Assembly: GCA_044226505.1 (NCBI GenBank)
Contig: JBGAGU010000002.1
Location: 686,559 to 750,558 of the forward strand
Reading direction: 5' to 3'
DNA length: 64,000 nt
Source: Opitutaceae bacterium
GTDB lineage: Bacteria; Verrucomicrobiota; Verrucomicrobiia; Opitutales; Opitutaceae
Made by a program: the position numbers and the translations under genes. Positions 43,345-51,606 of the stretch are shown here, one piece after another. Each line of letters begins with the position of its first letter. Position 1 is the stretch's first letter. A model generated the notes under the pieces. It made no database searches. It was not told the origin of the DNA and worked only from the letters and a program-made list of their open reading frames with translations.

Positions 43345-43794
43345 ATGCTCAAGACCACCCTCACCCACCCCGAGATTCTGCGCGTCCTCGCCCGCGCCGG
43401 GCACCACGCCAAAATCCTCATCGCCGACGGCCACTACCCGGCCTCGACGAAGCGCGGGCCCCACGCCGAGCTCGTCTCGCTGAATCTCACGCCCGGCGTC
43501 GTCACTTGCGCGCAGGCGCTCCGCGCGGTGCTGAGCGCCGTGTCCATCGACGCCATCAACACCATGGGCATCCCCGCGGACGACGCCTACGCCAGCCACG
43601 GCGAGCCACCCGCCTGGAAGGAGTTCCGAACCATCCTCGACCAGACCGGAAACGCCGCGCGCAAGCTCGAACCCATCTCAAAGTGGGACTTCTACGCGGC
43701 CGTCGAAAGCAAAGACCACGTCCTCACGATTCAGACCGCCGACACCGCGCTCTGGGCCAACGTCCTCCTCACGATCGGCGTGCGCACGAGCTGA
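43345..43794 (+). CDS. RbsD/FucU family sugar mutarotase
   Basis: ATG 43345 gives MLKTTLTHPEILRVLARAGHHAKILIADGHYP...WANVLLTIGV. This resembles the RbsD/FucU N- and C-terminal patterns. Confidence 0.75.
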   Translation: MLKTTLTHPEILRVLARAGHHAKILIADGHYPASTKRGPHAELVSLNLTPGVVTCAQALRAVLSAVSIDAINTMGIPADDAYASHGEPPAWKEFRTILDQTGNAARKLEPISKWDFYAAVESKDHVLTIQTADTALWANVLLTIGVRTS

Positions 43795-43902
43795 TCGGAG
43801 AACCACGGATGGACCCACGATGGAGTTCAACCCCGCGAGCCCCGGGACATTTGTGTCTATCCGGGCCCGGCGGTGGTTGAGTTCTGATTGTCCCGTTTAC
43901 CC

Positions 43903-44835
43903 ATGCAAACCCGCCGCCTCGGTCAGACCAACCTCCAGGTCCCCATCCTCAGCTTTGGCGCCAGCTCGCTCGGCGCGGAGTTCCGCAGCGTGACGCTCGA
44001 CGAGGCGCTCGGCAGCGTGCGCGTCGCGCTCGACTGCGGGCTCAACCTCATCGACACGTCGCCGTTCTACGGCCGCGGCATGAGCGAGGTGCTGCTCGGG
44101 ATCGCGCTCAAGGGCGTGCCGCGCGACCGCTACCTGCTCTGCACGAAGCTCGGCCGCTACGATCTCGCGCACTTCGACTTCTCGGCCAAGCGCGTCGCCG
44201 AGAGCGTCGATGTCTCGCTCTATCGCCTCGGCACCGACCACCTCGACATCGTGCTCTGCCACGACATCGAGTTTGTCCCGATGCAGCAGATCGTCGACGA
44301 GACGCTGCCCGCGCTCCGCAAGCTCCAGCAGAGCGGAAAAGTCCGCTACCTCGGCTTCAGCGGCTACCCGATGAAGATTTTCAAGTTCATCCTCGAACAG
44401 GCGCGCGTGGACTGCGTGCTCAGCTACAACCAATTCACGCTGCAAAACACGCGCTTCGCCGACGAGATCGTGCCCTATCTCGGCGCCAAGGGCGTCGGCG
44501 CGATGAACGCCGGGCCGTTCAGCGCCCGCTTGCTCACCAACGCCCCGCTCCCCGCGTGGCTCAAGGAGCCGGAGAACGTGAAGGCCGCCGCCCGCGCCGC
44601 CGCCGCGCTCTGCGCCAGCCGCGGCGTGGACATCGCGAAGCTCGCGTTGCAATTCTCGCTCTCCCACCCCGCCATCGCGACGACCGTCGCCGGCAGCGCC
44701 AACCCGCAGAACATCCGCAACTGGGCCAAGTGGGCCGCCGAGCCGATCGACCGCCAGCTCCTCGCCGAAGTGCAGGCGATCTTCGCGCCGGTGAAAAACA
44801 TCGGGCACAAGGAAGGGCTGGCGGAGAACAACTGA
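43903..44835 (+). CDS. Aldo/keto reductase (possibly aldose 1-dehydrogenase type)
   Basis: MQTRRLGQTNLQVPILSFGASSLG, IDTSPFYGRGMSE, DIVLCHD and GFSGY. Confidence 0.85.
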   Translation: MQTRRLGQTNLQVPILSFGASSLGAEFRSVTLDEALGSVRVALDCGLNLIDTSPFYGRGMSEVLLGIALKGVPRDRYLLCTKLGRYDLAHFDFSAKRVAESVDVSLYRLGTDHLDIVLCHDIEFVPMQQIVDETLPALRKLQQSGKVRYLGFSGYPMKIFKFILEQARVDCVLSYNQFTLQNTRFADEIVPYLGAKGVGAMNAGPFSARLLTNAPLPAWLKEPENVKAAARAAAALCASRGVDIAKLALQFSLSHPAIATTVAGSANPQNIRNWAKWAAEPIDRQLLAEVQAIFAPVKNIGHKEGLAENN

Positions 44836-44860
44836 ACCCGCGACTCTCGACCTATCCGCC

Positions 44861-45889
44861 GTGAAAGCCCTCCTCCTCGAAAAACCGCAGCACTTCGTCC
44901 CGCTCGATTTGCCCGAGCCCGCCGCGCCCCACGCCGGCGAGGCGCTCGTGCGCATCCATCGCATCGGGATTTGCGGGACCGACTACGGCGGTTTTCTCGG
45001 CAAGATGCCGTTCTACTCCTACCCGCGCATCCCGGGCCACGAGCTGGGCGTCGAGGTGCTCGCGGTCGGCGCCGGCGTCACCAACGTGCGGCCTGGCGAC
45101 CGGTGCTCGGTCGAGCCCTACATCAACTGCCAGAAATGCTACTCGTGCCGCCGCGGCCTCACCAACTGCTGCGAGGCGCACCAGACGCTCGGCGTCATGT
45201 GCGACGGCGGGATGCGCGAGCGGATGATTCTCCCGGCGCGCAAGCTCCACGTCTCGGCCCGGCTCTCGTTTGAGCAGCTCGCGCTGGTCGAGACGCTCGC
45301 CATCGGCTGCCACGCCGTCGACCGCGCGGGCGTGAAGGCCGGGGAAAACGTGCTCGTGATCGGCGCGGGCCCCATCGGGCTGAGCGCGGTGGAGTTTGTG
45401 AAGGTCGCGGGCGCGACGTGCATCGTGATGGACGTGAACGAGACCCGCCTTGCGTTTTGCCGTGAGCGCATGGGCGTGCCGCACACGATCGCCGTGCGCG
45501 GCGACGGCGCGGAGCTGGAAGCACTGCGCGCCATCACCCACGGCCAGCTCGCCGACGTGGTGATCGACGCGACGGGGAGCGCCAAGTCGATGAGCCATGC
45601 GCTCAACTACGCCGCCTACGGCGGGCGCATCGCGTTTGTCGGCATCACCCAGCAGGAGCTCCAGTTCCCCCAGGCGCCGGCGATGCACCGCCGCGAGCTC
45701 ACGCTCCTCGGGTCACGCAACGCGCTCACACGCGACTTCGCGCGCATCATCAAGCTGATCGAGGACGGCGTGATCGACACCGGCCCGTGGATCACCCACC
45801 GCGCGGGATTCGACGAGATGGTCGCGCAATTCCCCGCATGGCTGCGGCCCGAATCGGGCGTGATCAAGGCGATCGTGGCCCTCACGTAG
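44861..45889 (+). CDS. Zinc-dependent alcohol/polyol dehydrogenase (MDR family)
   Basis: ICGTDYGG, GHELGVEV, the structural-Zn Cys cluster CQKCYSCRRGLTNCC, and the Rossmann motif VIGAGPIGL. Confidence 0.85.
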   Translation: MKALLLEKPQHFVPLDLPEPAAPHAGEALVRIHRIGICGTDYGGFLGKMPFYSYPRIPGHELGVEVLAVGAGVTNVRPGDRCSVEPYINCQKCYSCRRGLTNCCEAHQTLGVMCDGGMRERMILPARKLHVSARLSFEQLALVETLAIGCHAVDRAGVKAGENVLVIGAGPIGLSAVEFVKVAGATCIVMDVNETRLAFCRERMGVPHTIAVRGDGAELEALRAITHGQLADVVIDATGSAKSMSHALNYAAYGGRIAFVGITQQELQFPQAPAMHRRELTLLGSRNALTRDFARIIKLIEDGVIDTGPWITHRAGFDEMVAQFPAWLRPESGVIKAIVALT

Positions 45890-45908
45890 CGCGCCGCGCA
45901 CGACCCGA

Positions 45909-45993
45909 TGGTGCCCGGACGCGGACTCGAACCGCGATGCTGTTAGGCACAGGCTTCTGAGACCTGCGTGTCTACCAATTCCACCATCCGGGC
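45909..45993 (-). tRNA. tRNA-Leu (anticodon CAG), long variable arm, CCA encoded
   Basis: Hand-folded. Acceptor GCCCGGA/TCCGGGC, anticodon arm CAGGT-CUCAGAA-GCCTG, long variable arm, T-arm GCGG-TTCGAGT-CCGC, then A-CCA. Confidence 0.9.
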
Positions 45994-46084
45994 AAAATCG
46001 GACGGGCAAGAGACACGCGGCCCCCGCGAGGCGCAAGAAAATTGATTTCCCCTCCCGGTGCCACGACGGCACACTGCGCGCCCC

Positions 46085-46723
46085 ATGAAAAAAGACGCCA
46101 TCCTCTCGAAGATTCGCGCCGAGAAAGTCATCGCGCTCATCCGCGCCGATTCGCCCGACGGGCTGCTCGACTGCGCGCGCGCGCTCGCCGCCGGCGGGCT
46201 CACGAGCATCGAGCTGACGATGACGACGCCCGGGGCGATCCGGATGCTGGAAAAGGCGACGGCGGAGCTGCCCGATTTCCTGTTTGGACTCGGCACCGTG
46301 CTCGACGCCGAGACGGCGCGCATCGGGATTCTCGCCGGCGCGAAGTTCATCGTGACGCCCGCGCTGCGGCCGGAGGTGATCACGCTGTGCCAGCGCTACA
46401 GCGTGCCGGTGTTCAGCGGGGCCTTCACGCCAACGGAGATCATCGCCGCGTGGGAGGCGGGCGCGGATGCGGCGAAGATTTTCCCGGCGGAATTCTTCGG
46501 TCCGGGCTACATCAAGTCGGTCAAGGCCCCCCTGCCCCAGGTGGAAATGGTGCCGACGGGCGGCGTAAACGAAAACAACGTCGGCGAGTTTCTGAAGGCC
46601 GGCGCGTTTGCCACGGCGGCCGGCAGCTCGCTGGTCGAGGCCAAGGCGTTCAAGGAAAAGAACTGGGCCGCCATCACCGCAAAGGCGAAGGCGTTTGCCG
46701 CAGCCGTCGCGGCGGCCAAGTAG
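46085..46723 (+). CDS. eda: 2-dehydro-3-deoxy-phosphogluconate / 4-hydroxy-2-oxoglutarate aldolase family
   Basis: ATG 46085 gives MKKDAILSKIRAEKVIALIR. Shows IELTMTTPGA, GAKFIVTP, KIFPA and VPTGGV. Confidence 0.8.
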   Translation: MKKDAILSKIRAEKVIALIRADSPDGLLDCARALAAGGLTSIELTMTTPGAIRMLEKATAELPDFLFGLGTVLDAETARIGILAGAKFIVTPALRPEVITLCQRYSVPVFSGAFTPTEIIAAWEAGADAAKIFPAEFFGPGYIKSVKAPLPQVEMVPTGGVNENNVGEFLKAGAFATAAGSSLVEAKAFKEKNWAAITAKAKAFAAAVAAAK

Positions 46724-46747
46724 CCTCGGCCGGGAGCGGGAGGAATC

Positions 46748-47071
46748 GTGCGCCGCCCGCCCGAATGCGTCGTCTTCGTCGCCCGCACGCACTGGATCGT
46801 GGGCGCGGCGATCGCGCTCGCGATCCTGCCGATGCATTGGATCGGGCGGCGGCTGCCGGGATTTGAGCTCGGGCAGCACGCCTACCTGATCGTGGGCGGG
46901 CTGGCTTTGTTCTACGGGCTGGCCGGTCTGCTGGTGTGGCTGGGCGCCCCGCTCGGCCGCGCGGCCAGCCGGGTGTGCAGCTTGATTTACCTGCCACGGC
47001 CACAGTTCGGATCGCTCATCTGGGAGACGATGAACCGTCCCGATTTTCAGGCGCATTTCATCCGGCGCTAG
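46748..47071 (+). CDS. Hypothetical small membrane protein
   Basis: 107-aa ORF with two predicted hydrophobic helices. No family recognised. Its 3' end overlaps the convergent gene by 14 nt. Confidence 0.3.
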   Translation: MRRPPECVVFVARTHWIVGAAIALAILPMHWIGRRLPGFELGQHAYLIVGGLALFYGLAGLLVWLGAPLGRAASRVCSLIYLPRPQFGSLIWETMNRPDFQAHFIRR

Positions 47072-47876
47072 GCGGAGGCGGGAGGTATTTCGCGATGTCA
47101 GGCAAGCGCTTCATGCGGCGGCCCGCGGCATCGCGCACGAGATAGGGATCGACGGCCAGCGTGGCCTCGATCTCCTCCTCAGCGTCGCCGGACTCATCGT
47201 CCTCGTCGACGATTTCGCCGTCGGCATCCGTCAAGACCCAGTCCTGCTCGGCATCGAAAATATGCGACATGCGGCGGGCCTCGGGCTCCAGAATCAGAGC
47301 CGGGTTCTTCACTCGTCCGTCCTTCACCGGCTCAAACAGGCACGGGAAATACTGGTTCTTGAAGTGGCCGATGAAGTCGCTGAGCCACTTGTTGGCCACG
47401 CCTTCCCGGTGGTTGAGGAGCGCGACGTCGGAGAAATGGATGCAGGCCTCGAACCAGCCAAACAGCGCGGAGTGCTGCTCGGCGAGCCGGCAATCCACGA
47501 CGCACAACACGCGGGCCAACTCCGCACCCTGCGCATCGAGCCACGCCTTGAAGGCCTCGATTTGATCAATGGGGTTGGATGCGCCGTCGGTGACAAAAAA
47601 AAACGGGCCGGAGGCGTCGGCCAGCGGGGCATGAATCGAAGAGTCGTGCCACTCCCATCGCCGGGCACCCGGAAACACCGGGCCAGACAGCGGTGCCTCC
47701 GACGCCGGCAGAAAGACACAGGCCCGGCTATCGTCGCCCAATCCAGTTTCGATAAGGTCGGCCAAAATCTTCCTGCGGCCGGATCCGGCGCTGCCAAGAA
47801 TGAGGTAGACGCTTGGTTTCACAGAGTTCACCCGCCCATCACGGCACGCAGTGCGGAACGGTGCAATGCAGCTCAT
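47058..47876 (-). CDS. Hypothetical protein with CobW/COG0523-like layout, degenerate P-loop and acidic C-terminal tail
   Basis: VYLILGSAGSGRRKILADLI has a Walker-A-like shape but GRR in place of GK[ST]. Acidic stretch DEDDESGDAEEEIE. Start uncertain (ATG 47876 or an internal GTG). Confidence 0.5.
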   Translation of the reverse strand: MSCIAPFRTACRDGRVNSVKPSVYLILGSAGSGRRKILADLIETGLGDDSRACVFLPASEAPLSGPVFPGARRWEWHDSSIHAPLADASGPFFFVTDGASNPIDQIEAFKAWLDAQGAELARVLCVVDCRLAEQHSALFGWFEACIHFSDVALLNHREGVANKWLSDFIGHFKNQYFPCLFEPVKDGRVKNPALILEPEARRMSHIFDAEQDWVLTDADGEIVDEDDESGDAEEEIEATLAVDPYLVRDAAGRRMKRLPDIAKYLPPPPSAG

Positions 47877-47937
47877 GCAGGATGAAATCGGCCGGACAGG
47901 CCAACCTCACGCCGAAACGGGACGCGTCCAGCGCCGA

Positions 47938-49149
47938 TCAAGGGCACGCCACGGCAGGCTTGCGCCGGCGCATGATCACCGTTGCCAGCACGCCAGCGCC
48001 AAGAACCAGTGCATACGCGGCGGGCTCGGGCACGGGCGAAACAAAGCCGTTGGAGTCAATTTGCGCGGCGATGCCGTCGAAGGAAATGGCCGCCAATTGC
48101 GCTCCGCTAAGAGCATTGCTGCTCGTGCCGAAGCGCAGCGTGTCGCCACCGGCGCTGCTGTAGTTGGAAACCGTCAGGGTGCCGGCCCACGTCTGGCCAC
48201 TTGAGTTGGCGAACACGAGCGCGCTCGCACCCAGACCGCTGCCAAAATCGATGGTGCTGCTCGCCCCCATGCTCAACGGCGCCGAACCGAAATTCTGACT
48301 GAACGCACCGCCGGAGATCTGCAGTGTGCCGCCGCCAAGCGTCAAGGAAGCCGGGCTGGAAAACACATTGCTGGCGGCAAGCCGCAGCGTGCCGCCGGCG
48401 TTAATCACCAGCGCGCCAGTAGCGTTCGCCGCGGCGCCGAAGGCCAGCACGCCGCCATTGACCGTGGTGCCGCCGGTGTAGGTGTTGGCAGCGCTCAGCA
48501 CCCACGTGCCCGTGCCAGATTTGATCACACTGCCGGACGCCCCGGAAATCGCGGTGGCGATCGTGGACCCCGTGCCCGGGCCGTCCAAGGTGAGAGTATT
48601 GGCGCCGATAGAGAGGCTGGGGGTCAGGTTGCCAATCGAGATCGTGCTTTCCGTGTAGAAACTGGTGCTCGTCGCGAGGGCCAGGCTCAGATTGGCGCTA
48701 TTGAACGTGAGGGCGCGTGACGAGTCGTAGTTAACTAGACCGCTCGCGCCCAAGGTGAGCGTGGTTCCGCTTGCCGCGGAAAACGTCAGCGCACCCGCGC
48801 CATTGACCATTTGAATTCCGCCGACGCTGACGCTGGACGTAATCACCGGGCTGTTTGCAAACGAGCTTTGCGCGAAAAATGCGACGTCGTTTGCACCGGG
48901 CACGCCAGACCCGCCAAACCAGCTGCTGTTGGAATTGAAGTTATTCGAAGAGTCGTTCCAGACGAACGTCGCCCCCGAAACTCGCATACTAGCCAGAAAA
49001 AACATCAGCAACGGCGTTGCCGCGACAGTCGAGAGTCGGAGCCATCCACTCCGCCAGCTCCACCGCGTAAGTCTGCCGCCACCCGGCCACAGCCCTGCCC
49101 CTACAACATTACGCTCTCGGAGCGCGGCATCGTGGGATTCATGGGACAC
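47938..49149 (-). CDS. PEP-CTERM-anchored protein with autotransporter-associated beta-strand (PATR) repeats
   Basis: Repeats of the type GTGTWVLSAANTYTGGTTVNGGVLAFG. The C-terminus VSPVPEPAAYALVLGAGVLATVIMRRRK is VPEP + TM helix + basic cluster, i.e. a PEP-CTERM sorting signal. Confidence 0.75.
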   Translation of the reverse strand: MSHESHDAALRERNVVGAGLWPGGGRLTRWSWRSGWLRLSTVAATPLLMFFLASMRVSGATFVWNDSSNNFNSNSSWFGGSGVPGANDVAFFAQSSFANSPVITSSVSVGGIQMVNGAGALTFSAASGTTLTLGASGLVNYDSSRALTFNSANLSLALATSTSFYTESTISIGNLTPSLSIGANTLTLDGPGTGSTIATAISGASGSVIKSGTGTWVLSAANTYTGGTTVNGGVLAFGAAANATGALVINAGGTLRLAASNVFSSPASLTLGGGTLQISGGAFSQNFGSAPLSMGASSTIDFGSGLGASALVFANSSGQTWAGTLTVSNYSSAGGDTLRFGTSSNALSGAQLAAISFDGIAAQIDSNGFVSPVPEPAAYALVLGAGVLATVIMRRRKPAVACP

Positions 49150-49304
49150 GGCCTAGTTAGACACGACTGACTGACCCCATGAAAAGCCAGAAATTGGTCT
49201 TCCTTTCCAAGTGCTAGTATTTTGACGGACCTACACGCCACACCACTCGTTTGAGACTGCTGGCGGCAACCTTGATTCATTCTCGACCCGCGGGCGCAGG
49301 GTAT

Positions 49305-49336
49305 AAAAAAACTGCGCCAGCTTTTGGCTGGCGCAG
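49305..49336 (-). terminator. Rho-independent terminator of the VPDSG-CTERM gene
   Basis: Perfect 10-bp stem CTGCGCCAGC/GCTGGCGCAG with a 5-nt loop. On the minus strand it is followed by T7 (plus-strand A-run 49305-49311). It lies 31 nt downstream of the stop at 49367. Confidence 0.8.
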
Positions 49337-49366
49337 CATAAGAAACCTAGACTATCCGACCGCTTA

Positions 49367-49942
49367 TTAGGCCTTGCGCTTGGCAAACCACGCCAGACCC
49401 AAGAGGGCGAGGCCGAGGAAAGCCGCGGTCGAGCCACCGTCCGGAGCGGGAACGCCCGAGGAAGCGGAGAAGGTCGAGTTGACGTTCGTGCCGCTGCCGG
49501 CCGCGTTCTGGAAGGTCGACTCCCAAGTGCCCGCAGTATTGTCGAAACCAGCGCCACTGATGGTGCCGAAGGCGAAGAAGCCGATGCTGGTGGCAGAGTT
49601 CGACGTTTCGAAGATGCTGGTGACGTTGAAGGTGAAGCCACCGACGCTCCAAACAAGCGGACCAGGGCTGACAGTTACCACATTGCCAGCCTGATTGGTG
49701 AGCAGGCTCGTCGCCGTCGTGACCGCCGTGCCGGTGCTGATACCCGCGAAGCTGCCTGAACCCGGCCCAAGCGTCGTGGTCGAACCGAAGGTGAGAACAT
49801 TGTTCGAGGTCAAGAGATTGCCATTCGCGGCCGTATAAGTGCCGGCGAAATTAAGCTGGCCAGTGATCGGAACGGCGAAGGCCGCACCGGAAAGCCCAAG
49901 CGCGAAGCCGAGCGTGCTGATGGATTTGATGATGGATTTCAT
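49367..49942 (-). CDS. Small secreted protein with VPDSG-CTERM-type sorting signal
   Basis: ATG 49942 gives MKSIIKSISTLGFALGLSGAAFA (signal peptide). The C-terminus VPAPDGGSTAAFLGLALLGLAWFAKRKA is (V)PDGGS + TM helix + basic tail. Confidence 0.75.
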   Translation of the reverse strand: MKSIIKSISTLGFALGLSGAAFAVPITGQLNFAGTYTAANGNLLTSNNVLTFGSTTTLGPGSGSFAGISTGTAVTTATSLLTNQAGNVVTVSPGPLVWSVGGFTFNVTSIFETSNSATSIGFFAFGTISGAGFDNTAGTWESTFQNAAGSGTNVNSTFSASSGVPAPDGGSTAAFLGLALLGLAWFAKRKA

Positions 49943-49992
49943 GGAAACAAGTTGGGTTGTTCGTTGATGAAGTTGACCGACATCGACAGAAT

Positions 49993-50008
49993 AGCGAGGC
50001 GTGTGCCA
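49993..50008 (-). promoter_or_regulatory. Sigma-54 (-24/-12) promoter-like element upstream of the VPDSG-CTERM gene
   Basis: The minus strand reads cTTGGCAC-acgcc-TCGCTat, with GG-N10-GC spacing correct and one mismatch to TGGCAC-N5-TTGCW. It lies about 50 nt upstream of ATG 49942 in an AT-richer intergenic region. Confidence 0.45.
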
Positions 50009-50420
50009 AGTGAAAAAATCCATCAACACGAATCATAAATCACTATCCATCATATTTTAGAAATTCAGTAAATCAAAATGAGCCGACCTTGGCCATTCAC
50101 GATTTTGTAAGGTAAATCGACACTTCTGCCCAAGAACTTCGCATGCATGGCGCCTTGAGCATTGTGAGATATCCCAGAGTCCTCAGGTCCATGCACGAGA
50201 ATAGCGCATTCCGCCCGTCAAGATAGACGGCGAACTTCAATTCATCCAGTCCTTGGCGCTGAGGCGGCGTTTCCTGACTTGACCGAAAAGCAAGTTCATG
50301 GCGCATTCACCACCCCACGGATCAGGTGGGGTCGACGCGGCATCAGCGATGCATCACAAATCAAGAACCTGAGCCACTTCCCATCCGGAGCATACTCCCA
50401 CACCGAGCACACCAGTTCCC

Positions 50421-50436
50421 TGGCCCGCCACCTGCA
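50421..50436 (+). promoter_or_regulatory. Sigma-54 (-24/-12) promoter-like element upstream of the priming sugar transferase
   Basis: TGGCCC-gccac-CTGCA, with GG-N10-GC spacing correct and two mismatches to consensus. It lies about 33 nt upstream of the GTG at 50469. Confidence 0.35.
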
Positions 50437-50468
50437 GACAACCTCCTTGAATCACTCGGCTTTACCCA

Positions 50469-51245
50469 GTGCCCGCACTTAGCACCAGCCCCCTCGCAAA
50501 ACTGTCGTCCGCCGGCAGCGTCGCTCCACTTCCCGCGTGGAAGCGAGCCCTTGACTTGGCCTGCTGCTGTCTGGCCCTGCCGGCGCTGGCACTGGGCACA
50601 CTGCTCATCTCCGTGCTAATCGCCTTCGTTTCACCTGGACCCATTTTCTTCCGGCAGGAGCGCGTCGGTCTCAGGGGCCGGAGGTTTCGCCTTTTTAAGT
50701 TCCGCACCATGCATATGGGCGCAGCGACCTCTCAACATCAGGCGTATTTCGCGACGCTTATGGCCACAGGGGCGCCCATGCAGAAACTGGATGCAAAAGG
50801 AGATTCACGGCTTATCCCCGGTGGATGGTTGATTCGCGCCACCGGTCTCGATGAATTGCCCCAGATCATCAATGTCTTGCGCGGGGAGATGAGCGTGGTC
50901 GGCCCCCGCCCTTGTTTGGCCTACGAATACGAAAACTACACTTCGGCCCAGCGGCGACGCTTCCGATCTGTGCCAGGGCTGACCGGACTTTGGCAGGTTT
51001 CGGGCAAGAACCAAACCTCCTTCGGACGCATGATCCGACTGGACGTCTACTACTCGGCGAAAAAATCCCTCTGGCTCGACCTCAAGATTCTAGGCCTAAC
51101 CCTCCCCGCCATCGTTCGCCAAGTGGTCCAGATGATGGCTGCTCGCCGCAAATCCGATCGGCAACCCCTACCGGCTGAAGCTTTGTCTGATGCGCCGCCC
51201 ACGCGGTTGTCAGCGAGAAAGGGCCGGGTAACCACAACGCCTTGA
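50469..51245 (+). CDS. Polyprenyl-phosphate sugar phosphotransferase (bacterial sugar transferase, WbaP/ExoY C-terminal-domain type)
   Basis: SPGPIFFRQERVGLRGRRFRLFKFRTM, DELPQIINVLRGEMSVVGPRP and PGLTGLWQVSG. Confidence 0.9.
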   Translation: MPALSTSPLAKLSSAGSVAPLPAWKRALDLACCCLALPALALGTLLISVLIAFVSPGPIFFRQERVGLRGRRFRLFKFRTMHMGAATSQHQAYFATLMATGAPMQKLDAKGDSRLIPGGWLIRATGLDELPQIINVLRGEMSVVGPRPCLAYEYENYTSAQRRRFRSVPGLTGLWQVSGKNQTSFGRMIRLDVYYSAKKSLWLDLKILGLTLPAIVRQVVQMMAARRKSDRQPLPAEALSDAPPTRLSARKGRVTTTP

Positions 51246-51606
51246 CGAGGGTGGCAGGTGCCCGCGCAGCGCACTTCCCGTCAGCTACGAACCAACGGTA
51301 ACCAAATGCGCGCTTTGCGCATGATTTGCCCCTCTTTGCCGTTTCTACGCGTGGTTTTGCCCCTAACTCAGGCGAGGTTTCTGCGACCCGCGATCGCGTC
51401 CCCCCGGGGAGCCGCTGTAAAGGAACTTTGAGTCTCCGGCCGCTCTAAGCCAGCAACTCAGGGTGCGCGAGGGGCATCCGATAGCGATTGGTTCAGCGTC
51501 AACCCGCTCAAACATTAGCATTTTAGCACAAGTCGAGCATCCCCCCGGATCTGATCTCTCCGCTTCGGAATTCTTCCCGCGAAAATCAGGGTCCACCTTC
51601 TATTTT

